In this document: positions 12,303 through 24,092 of the stretch, one piece after another | How positions within the stretch are numbered: the first letter of the stretch is position 1 | Layout: the number at the start of each line of letters is the position of its first letter | NCBI RefSeq assembly: GCF_004010195.1 | Contig: NC_057719.1 | Coordinates: 14,506,364 to 14,548,644, forward strand | Source: Chiloscyllium plagiosum | Lineage: Eukaryota | Length of the DNA: 42,281 nucleotides | Reading direction: 5' to 3' | The notes under the pieces: model-generated | Database searches by the model: none | The model's input: only the letters and a program-made list of their open reading frames with translations | What the model was told of the DNA's origin: nothing | Program-made: the position numbers and the translations under genes

Positions 12303-12592
12303 AGATTAGTTTAGTTTCCCTACAGTGTGGAAACAGGCCCTTCAGCCCAACACGTCCACACCAACCCTCCAAAGAGTAATTCACCCAGACCCATTTCCCT
12401 CTGACTAAAGCACCCAACACAATGGGCAATTTAGCATGGCCAATCCACCTAACCTGCACATCTTTGGACTGGAGGAAACCGACACAGACACGGGGAGAAT
12501 GGGGAAACTCCACACAGACAGTCACCCGAGACTGGAACTGAACCTGGTGCTGTGAGGCAGCAGTGCTAACCGCTGCGCCACCATGCCGCCCC
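12303..12592 (-). mobile_element. HE1 SINE
   Basis: Same head, body and tail as 9941-10260. Confidence 0.9.
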
Positions 12593-13682
12593 AAATGTTA
12601 GACACCTATGAAGCAGCAAATCCTTTTAAAATTTTCATCCATGTAGTGTTGTTCAATAAAAAAACTGTATAATTTACTAGCTTTAATAAGTTTATGCCAC
12701 TTAACAGAATTAATTCAAAAGGATGGTTGAATGTTATCAATTTTAATCACAAATCTTGAAGAGTATGGCTTCTAACAGAGGAATCTTTAAAGTCAGGTGC
12801 CTGATCAATACTGCCTGCTCAAAATTCCTCAGGTTAAAAGTTCAATCATACCTTTGGGCATTCATCCTTCTATAAATGCGCATATGTGGTGCCTCATGTT
12901 TCTATATTGTCTTTTCTACAAACTGGCAAGGAAAAGGTTTGCTGGACTCCAGCCACCTCTCATACATGGTAGACTTGGCTTCAATCACATTTTCTCCTTC
13001 ATTTCCTCTTTTGACTTGCACTGGGGCAGCACGCATGAACTGATTATTTCTATTCACCGATATTTGTGTGAGTACACTTTGAAAATAATTAATTGGCTCT
13101 AATGTGCTCCCACATGCTCTGATCAAAAATGGACAAATTTTCAATCTAAATCTGACGTTTTGAATATTTCTGAAGCTATGACTACAAATTTCGAATCAGC
13201 GTTGTGTGGACCAGTATAAGAGGCTTGTGAAAAGTCCTGAATTTTGAACAGTATGCCTCAATGCTCACTGGTTTTCTAAACTTGATAAGCAGCAGTTCCT
13301 TTGGCCTACTTGGAGGCTGCATTAATTGGTGTTGATAAGCTGCCTTACATGAACAATTGTTCTGCTGAAAGATCAAATAGAAGACATCTGTTAAATGAGC
13401 CACAATGTTCTTCAAATTAAATGAGAACAAAATACATTCATTAATCATTGGAAGCTAATTCTTCAGAAGCAGCATTCACACACTTAATTGTGAGAAAGAA
13501 ACATAGTCTTTGACACATTAGGAACTAATCATATTCCTAAATTCATCCCATTGCACTCTCTTTCGATTTAATAAAATACAATGCAAAACATTAGGAATTT
13601 AGTTCACCATTCAGATAAAGAAATTTTCAGTCAGATGAATGAATATTAAGAATAGTCCAAGAGCTGAACACATTTAATCAAA

Positions 13683-14072
13683 GAATCGTTATAGCGCAGA
13701 AAAAGACCATTCAGCCCATCAAATCTGTACCGACCCTCCAAAGAGCATCCCAACCAGGCCTAGCCTTCTACCCTATCCCCATAACCTTGCATTTCCCCTA
13801 GCCAATCCACTTGGCCTGCACATCCTTGGATTCCATAGACACCTCAGCGTGGCTAATCCACTTAACCAACACAGCCCTGGAAACTATGGACAATTTAGCA
13901 TGGCCAATCCACCTAACTTGCATATCTTCAGACTATGGGAGGCAACTGAAGCATCCAGAGGAAACCCACGCAGACATGGAGAGAATGTGCAAACTCCCCA
14001 TAGACAGATGCCTGAGGGTGCGATCAAACCTGAGTCCCTGGCACTGTGAGGAGCCATAGTGCCACCCACTGA
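13683..14072 (-). mobile_element. Older HE1 SINE variant
   Basis: caatttagcatggccaatccaccta, gaggaaacccacgcagacatgg. Confidence 0.85.
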
Positions 14073-16924
14073 GTGAAATTTATTCTGGCTGATAGAGGCC
14101 TTCCCCACAAATGGACAGAAATGCATTCTGGGGAGAGATCAAATTATATACCAGTTAACGAGCTTAAAAAGTGGTGAAGGGTCTTCTTATGGGAACGAAA
14201 ACATTATTGGAAGGGCAAAATCACTTTCAGTAAAAGTAATCCTTGAAAATTATACTTGGACTTCCATTTTGATGTATATGAGATGTGTCTCAGTCCCAGC
14301 TTTACTAGTTTCTCCATCTGAGTGAGGGCAGAAATTGCACCTCCAGGCAATCTCTGCAAACAGCGTAATGGCGGACGTGAAGATACCTATTGGCAATGCA
14401 CCCATTAGAGTTCCTTAATCACTGAAGGATACAGGGAAGTAAGGGAAGGATAGGCCTCACAAGGCTGGCAGTCACAGCAGAAGGTGGGGTAAGGGGGCTG
14501 GCAGCAAGTGCAGACCATCTCTTCCCAATGCCAGATCCGTCAATTTGGCACTGAGTGCCTGACAATGAGAGATTCCCACCAACATCACTGGAAATATACA
14601 ATCAAACAGGCCTGGGTTTATTTCCCCCTACTCCCTGGACAGAGACAGCCCCAAACCTCATCAAGGCAGAAGGAAAAAGGCAGCAGGGATCTCCACTCAA
14701 CACCCTCCAACCCAATTAAATGCCACTCCTACCTCCAATCTCATGTTGAAGGAGTATCCATTACCTACTGTGTGATATAATCCAAGGAATTGCTCATATT
14801 AAATTACAAAGATTTTTTTTGAGGTTGGGAAGATGTTAAACACAGACACCCTGAAACTGAATGGTCTTGACTATTCTTGGATTTGTATCTATTTATCATC
14901 TACAGCAGTGTTCCCATGTTAATTTGTGTAGTCGGCTCATGTATAATTTCTTTGGCAGTTCATTAATTCTAATCCAATGGAAGAAAGGAACATTACACCC
15001 GGATCACTGCAGTAGAGTGGGGGCCTGTTTGAAGGGGATAGGGTGGTCAGCATTGAAAGACACAAATGTAATTGGGGGTCAAAATTACGTTCAACAAAAG
15101 GCTAAGACCTAAAGCTCTGTAAAATTAAAAGCTATGGATTAGAACACAGAAGTAGCCCCAAAATTACAACTCAACAAACAGGAAATACTTCCTTGATTAG
15201 GGTCCATGAATGGAGGAATATCTTGCGAATGAGTGTGTGTGTGCATGTGAGAGAGAGAGATTACATCATACAGAAAGCGAAAGCAGCAAAAGATTGAAAT
15301 GATGGTACAGACTTAATGAGGGAAAAGTGGTTTGCAAACTACTTTAGACAAAGGCAATAATGAGACTCAATTCTCTCATATCCAGACAAACATGGCATTC
15401 AATGACCTGAATTAAAGCAGGAAGGTTAACATTGAATGTCTTGTGATACAGGATTAGGAGGTTCAAGTCCCATCTGACCCAGAGGTGTGTAACAGCATCT
15501 CTGAACAGGTTGATTAGGAAAAATAGGTTAATGAGAAAAGAATGACACTCTTCCCTTTTTGAACTTTGAGAATCAAACCCACTCTTGGTCCCTGCATCAA
15601 GATCTGCTCGGATATTTGTCTCATTGAAGACAGGCTCAGGTGCTGGTGGGTATAGATGGAATTAAACAAATGACAGATGTCACACCAGGTGACAAGCAGA
15701 TAGTAAAGTCCCCAGAGGAGCAATGATTGGATGAGGATGAGCTACCCATCTGTGAGAGGTTCTCCTCAATGAGAGAATCATGAATTAACAGCTCATAGTT
15801 ATACAGGTGAAAAGAAGAAGGTTTAAGGAACACCACTATTGCATGATGACACTGAAGTCCACTGCTGAATATCAGACATCACGCTGTAGCTTCGATCTGA
15901 TTTCTGGCAATATCGAGGAACCATTTTCTTCATTAAAAGCCTCAAAGCATCCATTAATGTTTTGCGTGAGCCTCAAACTACTCAATGCCACATTGTAGCT
16001 CTCTGCAATTATTCTTGAGACGTTTAAAGAAGTAATTGTCCAGTTCATAAAAGTGTATATTTCAACACTCATGTCATATGCTGACATTATTTCTGCATTA
16101 TCATGAAGATTTCAAAGAGGGCAGAATAATTAATTATGAAAATCTCTTGGTAAGCTCCTGCAAATCACACTTGGACTGGAAGTACAGTTTTGTATTGGTG
16201 GATGTAACCTGGGCAACGCACAGGGGGTCATCCTTGCTGTTGAGGAAGTTTAGTAGGTTGAGAGGAAATTCACAAAACAACATGGGATTCACTTATTAAG
16301 GAATTTAGCCACACTATAAAACTAAATGGATCGATCTTGTTATTGTCTTGATGTGATTCCAACTGATTGAACTTCCCAAATCTCCTTAAAAGTGGATCAA
16401 ACTTTGTTATAATCTTCACCTTATGAACCGGCACTCTTGATAAACCAGCAAAAATTAGATACCTGAAATGGCAGAAGTTTACCGTTCTATCGCAATCTCC
16501 ATAATGTCCCAAGTAATCAGTTGAGGGCGTGAGTAAGAAGGCTGTCTGCTGGTATGTTTTATTTAAGGCAGAATTGCATTATTATTTAAGTGATTTATGC
16601 TGTAAACAGAGTATAACTGTGATGCGTATACTCCCCTGTATTACATTTCGATTACTTAGAGTGTGTTTTTACATTGATTATGAGGACTCCTTGATTAACC
16701 AGAATAGTTTATCAACCAGCCCACTCTTTTACCAAAGCTGCTGGTTAATAAAAAAGTTTGCTGTATTCCAGTTCTCTGATAAATGCCAGCTCATTCAACA
16801 TCTTGGCCAGTAATGTACTAGTCGGTAGTTAGCAGCAGTAAACAAATTGCTGTACACCTTTTCTCATGAGTAAGCTATCCACCTCATTGTGCCAAGGTAT
16901 CAGTTTCTCTAATCCTTACGATGA

Positions 16925-17020
16925 TCTGAGGAAGAGTCACAGGATGCAAAATATTAATGTGGTTTCTGTCCACAGATGCTGCCAGACCTGCTGAGCTTTG
17001 CCAGCATTTCCTGTTTTTAT
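16925..17020 (+). mobile_element. Degenerate Penelope-like terminal repeat
   Basis: ctgaggaagagtcac...cacagatgctgccagacctgctgagc. Confidence 0.6.
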
Positions 17021-17206
17021 TGATCATGATCTTTATGGCTGATCAGAACCGTAGTGCTCAGTTGGCTTTCTGTGGATGCTTCCGCTGTTGCGCAAGGGAC
17101 ACAAAATGATTGGTTCATTTATAACCGGTCTCACAGTTATTCCAGCTGACAAAAACTGCTCCAAGAAAGAGAAACTGATTTTCTTCAGGTTTAAGAGGGT
17201 TTTACA

Positions 17207-17325
17207 GTCATAGAGTCATAGACATGTACAGCATGGAAACAGACCCTTCAGTCCAACCCGTCCATGCCGACCAACCCAATCTAGTCCCACCTGCCAGCAC
17301 CTGGCCCATATCCCTCCAAACCCTG
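17207..17325 (-). mobile_element. HER1 3' tail
   Basis: gtcatagagtcatagacatgtacagcatggaaacagaccc. Confidence 0.85.
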
Positions 17326-17600
17326 AAGAAAACATACAGATGCTCCATGAGCTGGTGGAGATCAAACCATTTTCTCTCTCTGACCTGTTCCCATTTCCAA
17401 GCCAATCAGTAACTTGACAACCAATCACAGAATTGTTGCCAGGCAGAAGATTTTTGTCATCAGCAACAGGTCACTCATCTATAGACCAATCAACTTCTTG
17501 TTGCCACCCAGCTGCGTCCATGCATAATTCATCTGCAATTAAGATGCTGCTTGGTCAAACAATTATTCACACAATACTTGCCATACGGGGAAGGTCAACT

Positions 17601-17962
17601 AGGAGAAAGTGAGGACTGCAGATGCTGGAGATCAGAGCTTAAAAATGTGTTGGTGGGAAAGCGCAGCAGGTCAGGCGGCATCAAAGGAGAAGGAGAATCG
17701 ATGTTTCGGGCATAAGCCCTTCTTCAGGAATGAGGAGGGTGTGCCAAGCAGGCTAAGATAAAAGGTAGGGAGGAGGACTTGGGGGAGGGGCGTTGGGAAT
17801 GCGATAGGTGGAAGGAAGTTAAGGTGAGGGTGATAGGCCGGCTGAAGAGCTTCAGGGCACACCCTCCTCATTTCTGAAGAAGGGCTTGTGCCCGAAACGT
17901 CGATTCTCCTTCTCCTTTGATGCTGCCTGACCTGCTGCGCTTTTCCAGCAACACATTTTTAA
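17601..17962. mobile_element. Fold-back Penelope-like element (family 1), two inverted termini
   Basis: Arms at about 17639-17745 and 17856-17962 are reverse complements, with an imperfect flanking duplication atacggggaaggtcaact / acacgggaaaggttact. Confidence 0.8.
17870..17905 (+). ncRNA. Minimal type I hammerhead ribozyme motif
   Basis: CTGAAGA-a-GGGC ttgt GCCC-GAA-ACGT-C^gatt; predicted cleavage after 17901. Confidence 0.65.
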
Positions 17963-18049
17963 ACACGGGAAAGGTTACTTGGCTTTTAAAACATACAGCA
18001 ATCCTCAAAATGACTGGTTTTAAAATAGTTCTTTCCCATTTCAGTCCAC

Positions 18050-18210
18050 AATTCATCTGGACAGGTACATGAATACGAAGAGTTTAGAGGGATATGGGCC
18101 AAATACTGGAAAATGGAACTAGATTAATTTAGAATATTTGGTCGGCATGGACTAATTGGACTGAAGGGTCTGTTTCTGCTTTGTGCATCACCATAACTCT
18201 ATGACTCTAA
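18050..18210 (+). mobile_element. HER1 3' end
   Basis: gagggatatgggccaaat..aactctatgactcta. Confidence 0.85.
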
Positions 18211-18372
18211 TTTTAAAAAGCACAAAATTAAGATACATGGTCTTTTCCTTATGTTAAACCTGTGTCAAACCATAAGTAAATCATATCAGGACGGTGTATA
18301 ATGGTGTACATATCAGGAAAGATCAGTTTGGGTCATTTTTCTCTTGAGACAAAAAGACTAAAGAGATTGCTT

Positions 18373-18720
18373 TTTTCATTCATTCACAGGATGTGTGAGT
18401 CACTAACTAGGCCAGCATTTATTGCTCATTCCTAATTACCCATAAAGCAATTAGAGTCACCCAAATTGCTGTTAGTATGGAGTCACCTGTAGGCCAGACC
18501 AGGTAAGGATGGCGGTTTCCTTCCCTGAAGGACATTAGTGAACCAGAAAGGTTTTTCCAACAATCAACAATGGTATCATAGTCATCTTTAAACTCTTAAT
18601 TCCAGATACTTATTGAACTCAAATTCCCCCATTTACTGTGGCAGGATTCGTGCCGAAGTTCCCAAGGCATTACCTGGGTCTTTGGGTGAATAGTCTAGCA
18701 TTGAAACCATAAGGCCATCA
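18373..18720 (-). mobile_element. tRNA-derived SINE (same family as 31-390)
   Basis: ttcattcattca tail; gtaggccagaccaggtaaggatgg. Confidence 0.8.
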
Positions 18721-18904
18721 CAGATGGTTAAACAAGAGAGCTTCAAATTCTGAAAGGTTTTGGATCAGTTGGGTAAAGATTGACTGTTTCCAGTTGTGAG
18801 TGAGGGCACACACCTGAGGCCGTCAATATCGGTTAGTCACCAAGAAAGCTAGCAAGACATTTTTAAGAAACCTCTCATCCCAAACAGTGATAAGAATGTG
18901 ATAC

Positions 18905-19134
18905 AGAAACAGAAATTGCTGGAAAAGCCAAGTAGTCCTGGCAGCATCTGTGGAGAGAAATCAAAGCTTATGTTTCAGGTCCGGTGACCCTTCCTCTACT
19001 TCTGAAGAAGAGTCACTGGATCCTAAACACTAACTCTGATTTCTTTTCACAGATGATACCAGACCTGCTGAGCTTTCCAGCAATTTCTGGTTTTGTTTCT
19101 GATTTACAGCATCCACGGTTTTTTCGGTTTTTAA
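18905..19134. mobile_element. Fold-back Penelope-like element (family 3) with 13-bp TSD
   Basis: Inverted arms (agaaattgctggaaa / tttccagcaatttct); aagaatgtgatac at 18892-18904 and 19135-19147. Confidence 0.75.
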
Positions 19135-19351
19135 AAGAATGTGATACGCGTTAACACAAAAAAAAGGCTCAAGAGAATAGCATTTAAGGTGAAGTTGAGA
19201 AGGATACCGGGGAAAGAAGGGGTTAGATGCTTACAACTTTAATCTTAAAGCAGAGAGGGATGCTCATCTGGACAAAAAATACTGGCATAGAGTGGTTCAG
19301 CTGAATATTCTGTCACTGTAACCCTACGTAATACATACCAGCCAAAATTTA

Positions 19352-19440
19352 TGAGTGTGGTGCTGGAAAAGTGCAGCAGTTCAGGCAGCATCTGAGGTGC
19401 AGAAAAATTGATGTTTTGGGCAAAAGCCTTCATTAGGAAT
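19352..19440 (-). mobile_element. Short PLE family-1 terminus
   Basis: gtggtgctggaaaagtgcagcag..ggaat; hammerhead core decayed. Confidence 0.75.
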
Positions 19441-19706
19441 CAGTCAAATCCCAAACTTCTTAAAGCAGTTTGGCCCTAACAGAAAGATTCCTTTGAGAAG
19501 TTAACATCATACGTTGAATTTTATTGGAAGGCAAACTGACATCTTTGGATCAAGAGGGACAGGTTAAATTGACAAAAACTTTTTTGCCGACATAACCCCA
19601 CCTATTTCTGGAGTTAACTGACGGTTGAAAGTGGGCTGGGGTCTGACCCAATGGAAAGAGGTTGGCTACAACATTAAGTATGAATATAAGGCTGCAACTT
19701 TACCGG

Positions 19707-21240
19707 AGAGAAACATAGAAACTTAGAAGATGGGAGCAGGAGGAGGCCATTCAGTCTTTCAAGCCTGCACCACCATTCATCATGATCATGGCTGATCGTC
19801 CAACTCAACAGCCTAATCCTGATTACTCCCCATAACCTTTGATCCCATTCGCCCCAAGTGCGATATCTAGCTGCCTCTTGAATACATTCCCGCCTCAGGC
19901 GACTGACTGTGTGGAGTTTGCACGTTCTCCCCGTGTCTGTGTGGGTTTCCTCCGGGTGCTCCGGTTTCCTCCCACAGTCCAAAGATGTGCAGATTAGGTG
20001 AATTGGCCATGCTAAATTGCCCGTAGTGTTAGGAGTAAGGGGTAAATGTAGGGGCATGGGTGGGTTGCGCTTCGGCGGGTCGGTGTGGACTTGCTGGGCC
20101 AAAGGGCCTGTTTCCACACTGTAATGTAATGTAATCTAATCTAATCAATGTTTTGGTAACAACTACTTCCTGTGGTAATAAATTCCACAGGCTCACCACT
20201 CTCTGGGTGAAGAAATGTCTCATCTCCAACCTAAATGGTCCACCCCAAATCCTCAGACTGTGACCCCTGGACGTACCCACCATTGGGAACATGCTCCCTG
20301 CATCTACCCTATCTAGTGCCGTTAGAATGTTATAAGTCTCTATGAAATTTCCCTCATTTGTCTGAACTCCAGTGAAAACAATCCTAATCCAGTCAATCTC
20401 TCCTCATACGTCAGTCCTGCCATCCCTGGAATCAGGCTGGGAAACCCTCACTGCACTCCCTCAAGAGCAAGGACATCCTTCCTCAGAAAAAGAGACCAAA
20501 ACTGCACACAATATTCTAGATGTGGCCTCACTAAGGCCCAGTATAACTGCAACAACATATCGCTGCTCCTGTACACGAGACCTCTCTCGATAAAGACCAA
20601 CATGTTATTTGCCTTCTTTACCGCCTGGTGCACCTGCATGCTCATCTTCAGTGACTGGTGCACAAGGACACCCAGGTGCCGCTGCACACTCCCCTCTCCC
20701 AATTTACAGCCATTCAGGTAGTAGAACACAGAACATTACAGCGCGGTGCAGACCCTTTGGCCCTCAATTTTGCGCTGACCTGTGGAACCAATCTGAAGCC
20801 CATCTATCCTACAGTATTCCATTTTCATCCATATGCCCATCGAATGACAATTTAAATGTCCTTAAAGTTGGCAGGTCTATCACTGTTTCAGGCAGTGCGT
20901 TCCAAACCCCTACTACTCCCTCTGTAAAGAAACTACCTCTGACATCTATCCTTCTTGTTTTTGCTTTGAAAGTGCATAAACTCACATTTATCCAAATTAT
21001 TCTGCATCTGCCATTGATTCGCCCACTCACCCAACTTGTCCCAATCATGGTGAAGGATCTCTGCATCCTAGTCACAGTTCACCCTCCCACCCAGCTTAGT
21101 GTCATCTGCAAGCTTTGAGATGTTACATTTTGTTCCCTCATCCAAATCATTAGTATATATTGTGCATAGCTGGGGTCATAGACCTGATCCCTGTGGCACC
21201 CCACTACCTGCCAATTTGAAAAAGACCCATTAATTCTCCT
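19707..21240 (-). mobile_element. CR1 LINE 3' portion with nested 5'-truncated HE1 SINE (+, about 19886-20144) and nested LINE tail (-, about 20722-20948)
   Basis: Encodes LVRPHLEYCVQFWS..LEGVQ, and the host sequence resumes collinearly after each insert. Confidence 0.88.
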
Positions 21241-21357
21241 AAGTGTCAAGAGTTTCCTCAAAGTGAGGACGTGCTGGATTCAGGGAAGGGAAATGGCGTT
21301 ATACTTCCTTTCAGAATCCAGACATCTGCCAGAAAAACTTCTGCAATAGGTGACCAC

Positions 21358-21660
21358 CCTTAAGAAAATAAGATGTAAAAGCAGTCAGGCCATTCAGCCC
21401 ATCGAGTCTGCGCTGTCAATCAAGGAATCATGGATGATCCGTAATCCTCTAAACCACTTTCCTGCCTTTCCCACAACCCTTGATTCCTTTAACAATTAAA
21501 AATCTGTCTGTCTCATCCTTGAATGCACATTAATATCTAGTGCTTCCAATTAAACCTGTTGGCTATAACCTGGTGTTGTGTGATTTGTAACTTTGTACAC
21601 CCCAGTCCAACACTGGCACCTCCAAATCAGATCTAGCCTCGACAGCCTTCCACTGTTGTC
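21358..21660 (-). mobile_element. CR1 3'UTR remnant interrupted by a 90-bp PLE fragment
   Basis: aggccattcagcccatcgagtctg ... ctagcctcgacagcc. Confidence 0.7.
21541..21630 (+). mobile_element. 90-bp PLE family-2 fragment flanked by ATCTAG direct repeat
   Basis: Homologous to 9731-9805; atctag at 21535-21540 and 21631-21636. Confidence 0.75.
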
Positions 21661-22008
21661 TGCCCTCACTGCCGTCTCTTGTGATGAGAGAAAGTGATGG
21701 ACTGAGTGATTTGAAAGTGGGTGGATCTACAGTAATGTTAGTCCTGGTGCAGGTTGTTGAGAGGTGATGAGATACTCCGAGGGAGTAAGGAGAAAGTACA
21801 CAGATCATGCAGAGGTGGTGGGTGTAGGAGGCTGAGAGACAGCTAGGATCGAGTGAGGGAAGATGTTGCAGCCCACAATGAGAGTGGTAGAAGGTGAGCC
21901 TTGGTACGATGTGGGTGCAGTGACAGAGATAGAGCAAGTGTGAGGAAGTAGAGAGCGTGGCACTTATCCTGCAGGAGCAGAAAAAGACGTGACATTCTCA
22001 CAGCACTG

Positions 22009-23004
22009 GGAGAAAGTGAGGACTGCAGATGCTGGAGATCAGAGTGAAGAGTGTGGTGCTGGAAAAGCACAGTAGGTCAGGCAGCATCCGAGGAGCAGGA
22101 GAGTCGACATTTCTGGAATGAGGCTTGTGAACCAAGGAGGTAGACAGATAAATGAGAGGGGGGTGGGACTGGGGGGAAGATAGCTGAGAATGCGATAGGT
22201 AGATAGAGGTGGGAGTAATAGCAATAGATCAGAGAGGAGGGTGGAGTGGATAGGTGGGAAAGAAGATGGACAGGTAGAACAGGTCAAGAGGGTGGTACCA
22301 AGTTGGAAGGTTGGATTTGGAATATGGTGTGGGGAGGGGAAATGAGGAAACTGGTGAAGTCCACATTGATCCTGTGTGGTTGGAGGATCCCAAGGTGGAA
22401 GATGAGGCATTCTTCCTCCAGGTGTCAGGTGGTTAGGATTTGGCGGTGGAGGAGGCCCACCACTTGCATGTCCTTGGAGGAGTGGGAGGGGGTGTTAAAG
22501 TGTTCCGCCACAGGGCGGTGGGGTTGCTTTGTGTGTGTTCCCCAAGGCAGAACACCTTAACTGCCCCTCCCACTCTGCCAAGGACATGCAGCTGCTGGGC
22601 CTCCTCCATCAGCAAATCTTAACCACCCGACGCCTGGAGGAAGAACGCCTTATCTTCCGCCTTGGGACTCTCCAACCACATTAATGTGGATTTCATCAGA
22701 TTCCTCATTTCCCATCCCCCCACCTTATCCCAGATCCAACTTTCAAACTCGGCAGCACCCTCTTGTATTGTCCTACCTGTCCATCTTCCTTCCCACCTAT
22801 CTGCTTCACCCTGCTCTCCGACATATCATCTTCACCCCCAACCTATCTCACTCTCAGCTACTTTGCCCCCAGTCCTACACCCCTCCCATTTATCTCCCTG
22901 TCCCCTCGGCTCACAAGCCTCATTCCTGATGGAGGGCTTATGCCTGAAACGTCGATTCTCCTGCTCCTCGGATGCTACCTGACCTGCTGTGCTTTTCGAG
23001 CATC
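22009..23004. mobile_element. About 1 kb fold-back Penelope-like element with GIY-YIG endonuclease C-terminal remnants
   Basis: Both arms encode H(F/L)NxPSHSxKDMQxxGLLH..TRRLEEERLIFRLGTLQP..INVDF. The arms are inverted, and a 15-bp repeat acattctcacagcac lies at 21992-22006 and 23005-23019. Confidence 0.85.
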
Positions 23005-24092
23005 ACATTCTCACAGCACCGCTGACCCTTCTTCAGCACTGTAGATACTACCCTGACCTAGGTGGCCAGCTCTAATCAGTCAGGGTGGTGGTGGTGGTGG
23101 TTAAGATCAGTCTAGAGTCAGATGGTGAGGGACGCCATATGGTGGGGTAAGTTATTAATGGCACTAGTTTGGGAAGATACAGCAAGAAAATTCAATAGGC
23201 CATGTTGTCAAAATTCCTCCAAATAATCAACTTAGACATTACCAAAAAAAAAAGTAAGAGTCAACCCATTGTGAATGCCTTAAAAACACAGTGAAACTCC
23301 AGGCTGTGTCATCATGAGAGTGGACTTGCAGTTACCTTCTCAAAACATCTCTGAAGTTGAAGTCAGCCAAGGCATCAACATCAACCTCCATCAAAAACCC
23401 TTACACAATACATTCGCAAGTTCTCCACCATCTTATAGATGCACGTCTTAATGACTTCCCATTTAATCCCTCAAATAGGGCATTGACAATGATCCCTTTG
23501 CAAAGCAACCCATTGTTTCTCCTTCCCTAGCAGGCTTGGTCACATGACTCTCAATATTAACCTCAACTACTCTTTCGCTGCCCACATTTGAAATCGCAGG
23601 CAGTTCAGGGTCAGCACTACTCCATACATCAGTGATGACAACATCAACACTTCTAACTCTGAGATACAAAGGAAAAGACTCTGGCCTATACAAAAGCAGC
23701 AACAACCCAAATTTATGCACTATGCAAGAAAAAAACTCCTTTTATGAAAGCACTGAGGCAGAAGTTATATTTCAGTAAATCTTTCTCAGACAATTTGCAA
23801 AGGGGTTTTAAAGAGAAAACACAGCCTACAACTCGGCTGTTGGACAGCCAGCCAGTCAGTCATCCACCGAGACTGGTAACTCCAATCCACCGAATCCGAG
23901 ACTGGTAACTCCAATCTTTGGAGTTTTGGGCTCCATTGTAAAAGCAAGAACACTGGTGTCCCTTGGTTGTATTTCAATAAAGTTGTTACTAATTGAATAA
24001 TCTCTTCTTCATTCCAATTCTATGTTTCACTTATATGTTTGCTTGTGTTGCTTGGTTTTCCACTCTTATCTAATCATTAAATAAACTTTATA

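Noticed and set aside
15800..16510. Possible decayed Harbinger-like transposase (YNVALSSLR..GCF on minus strand)
   Set aside because: The resemblance is too faint and frameshifted, with no catalytic motifs or TIRs seen. It needs a tblastn/HMM search.
23867..23916. 21-bp direct repeat ccgagactggtaactccaatc with downstream AATAAA, possible LTR
   Set aside because: No TG..CA ends, TSD or PBS were identified, so it is most simply a small local duplication
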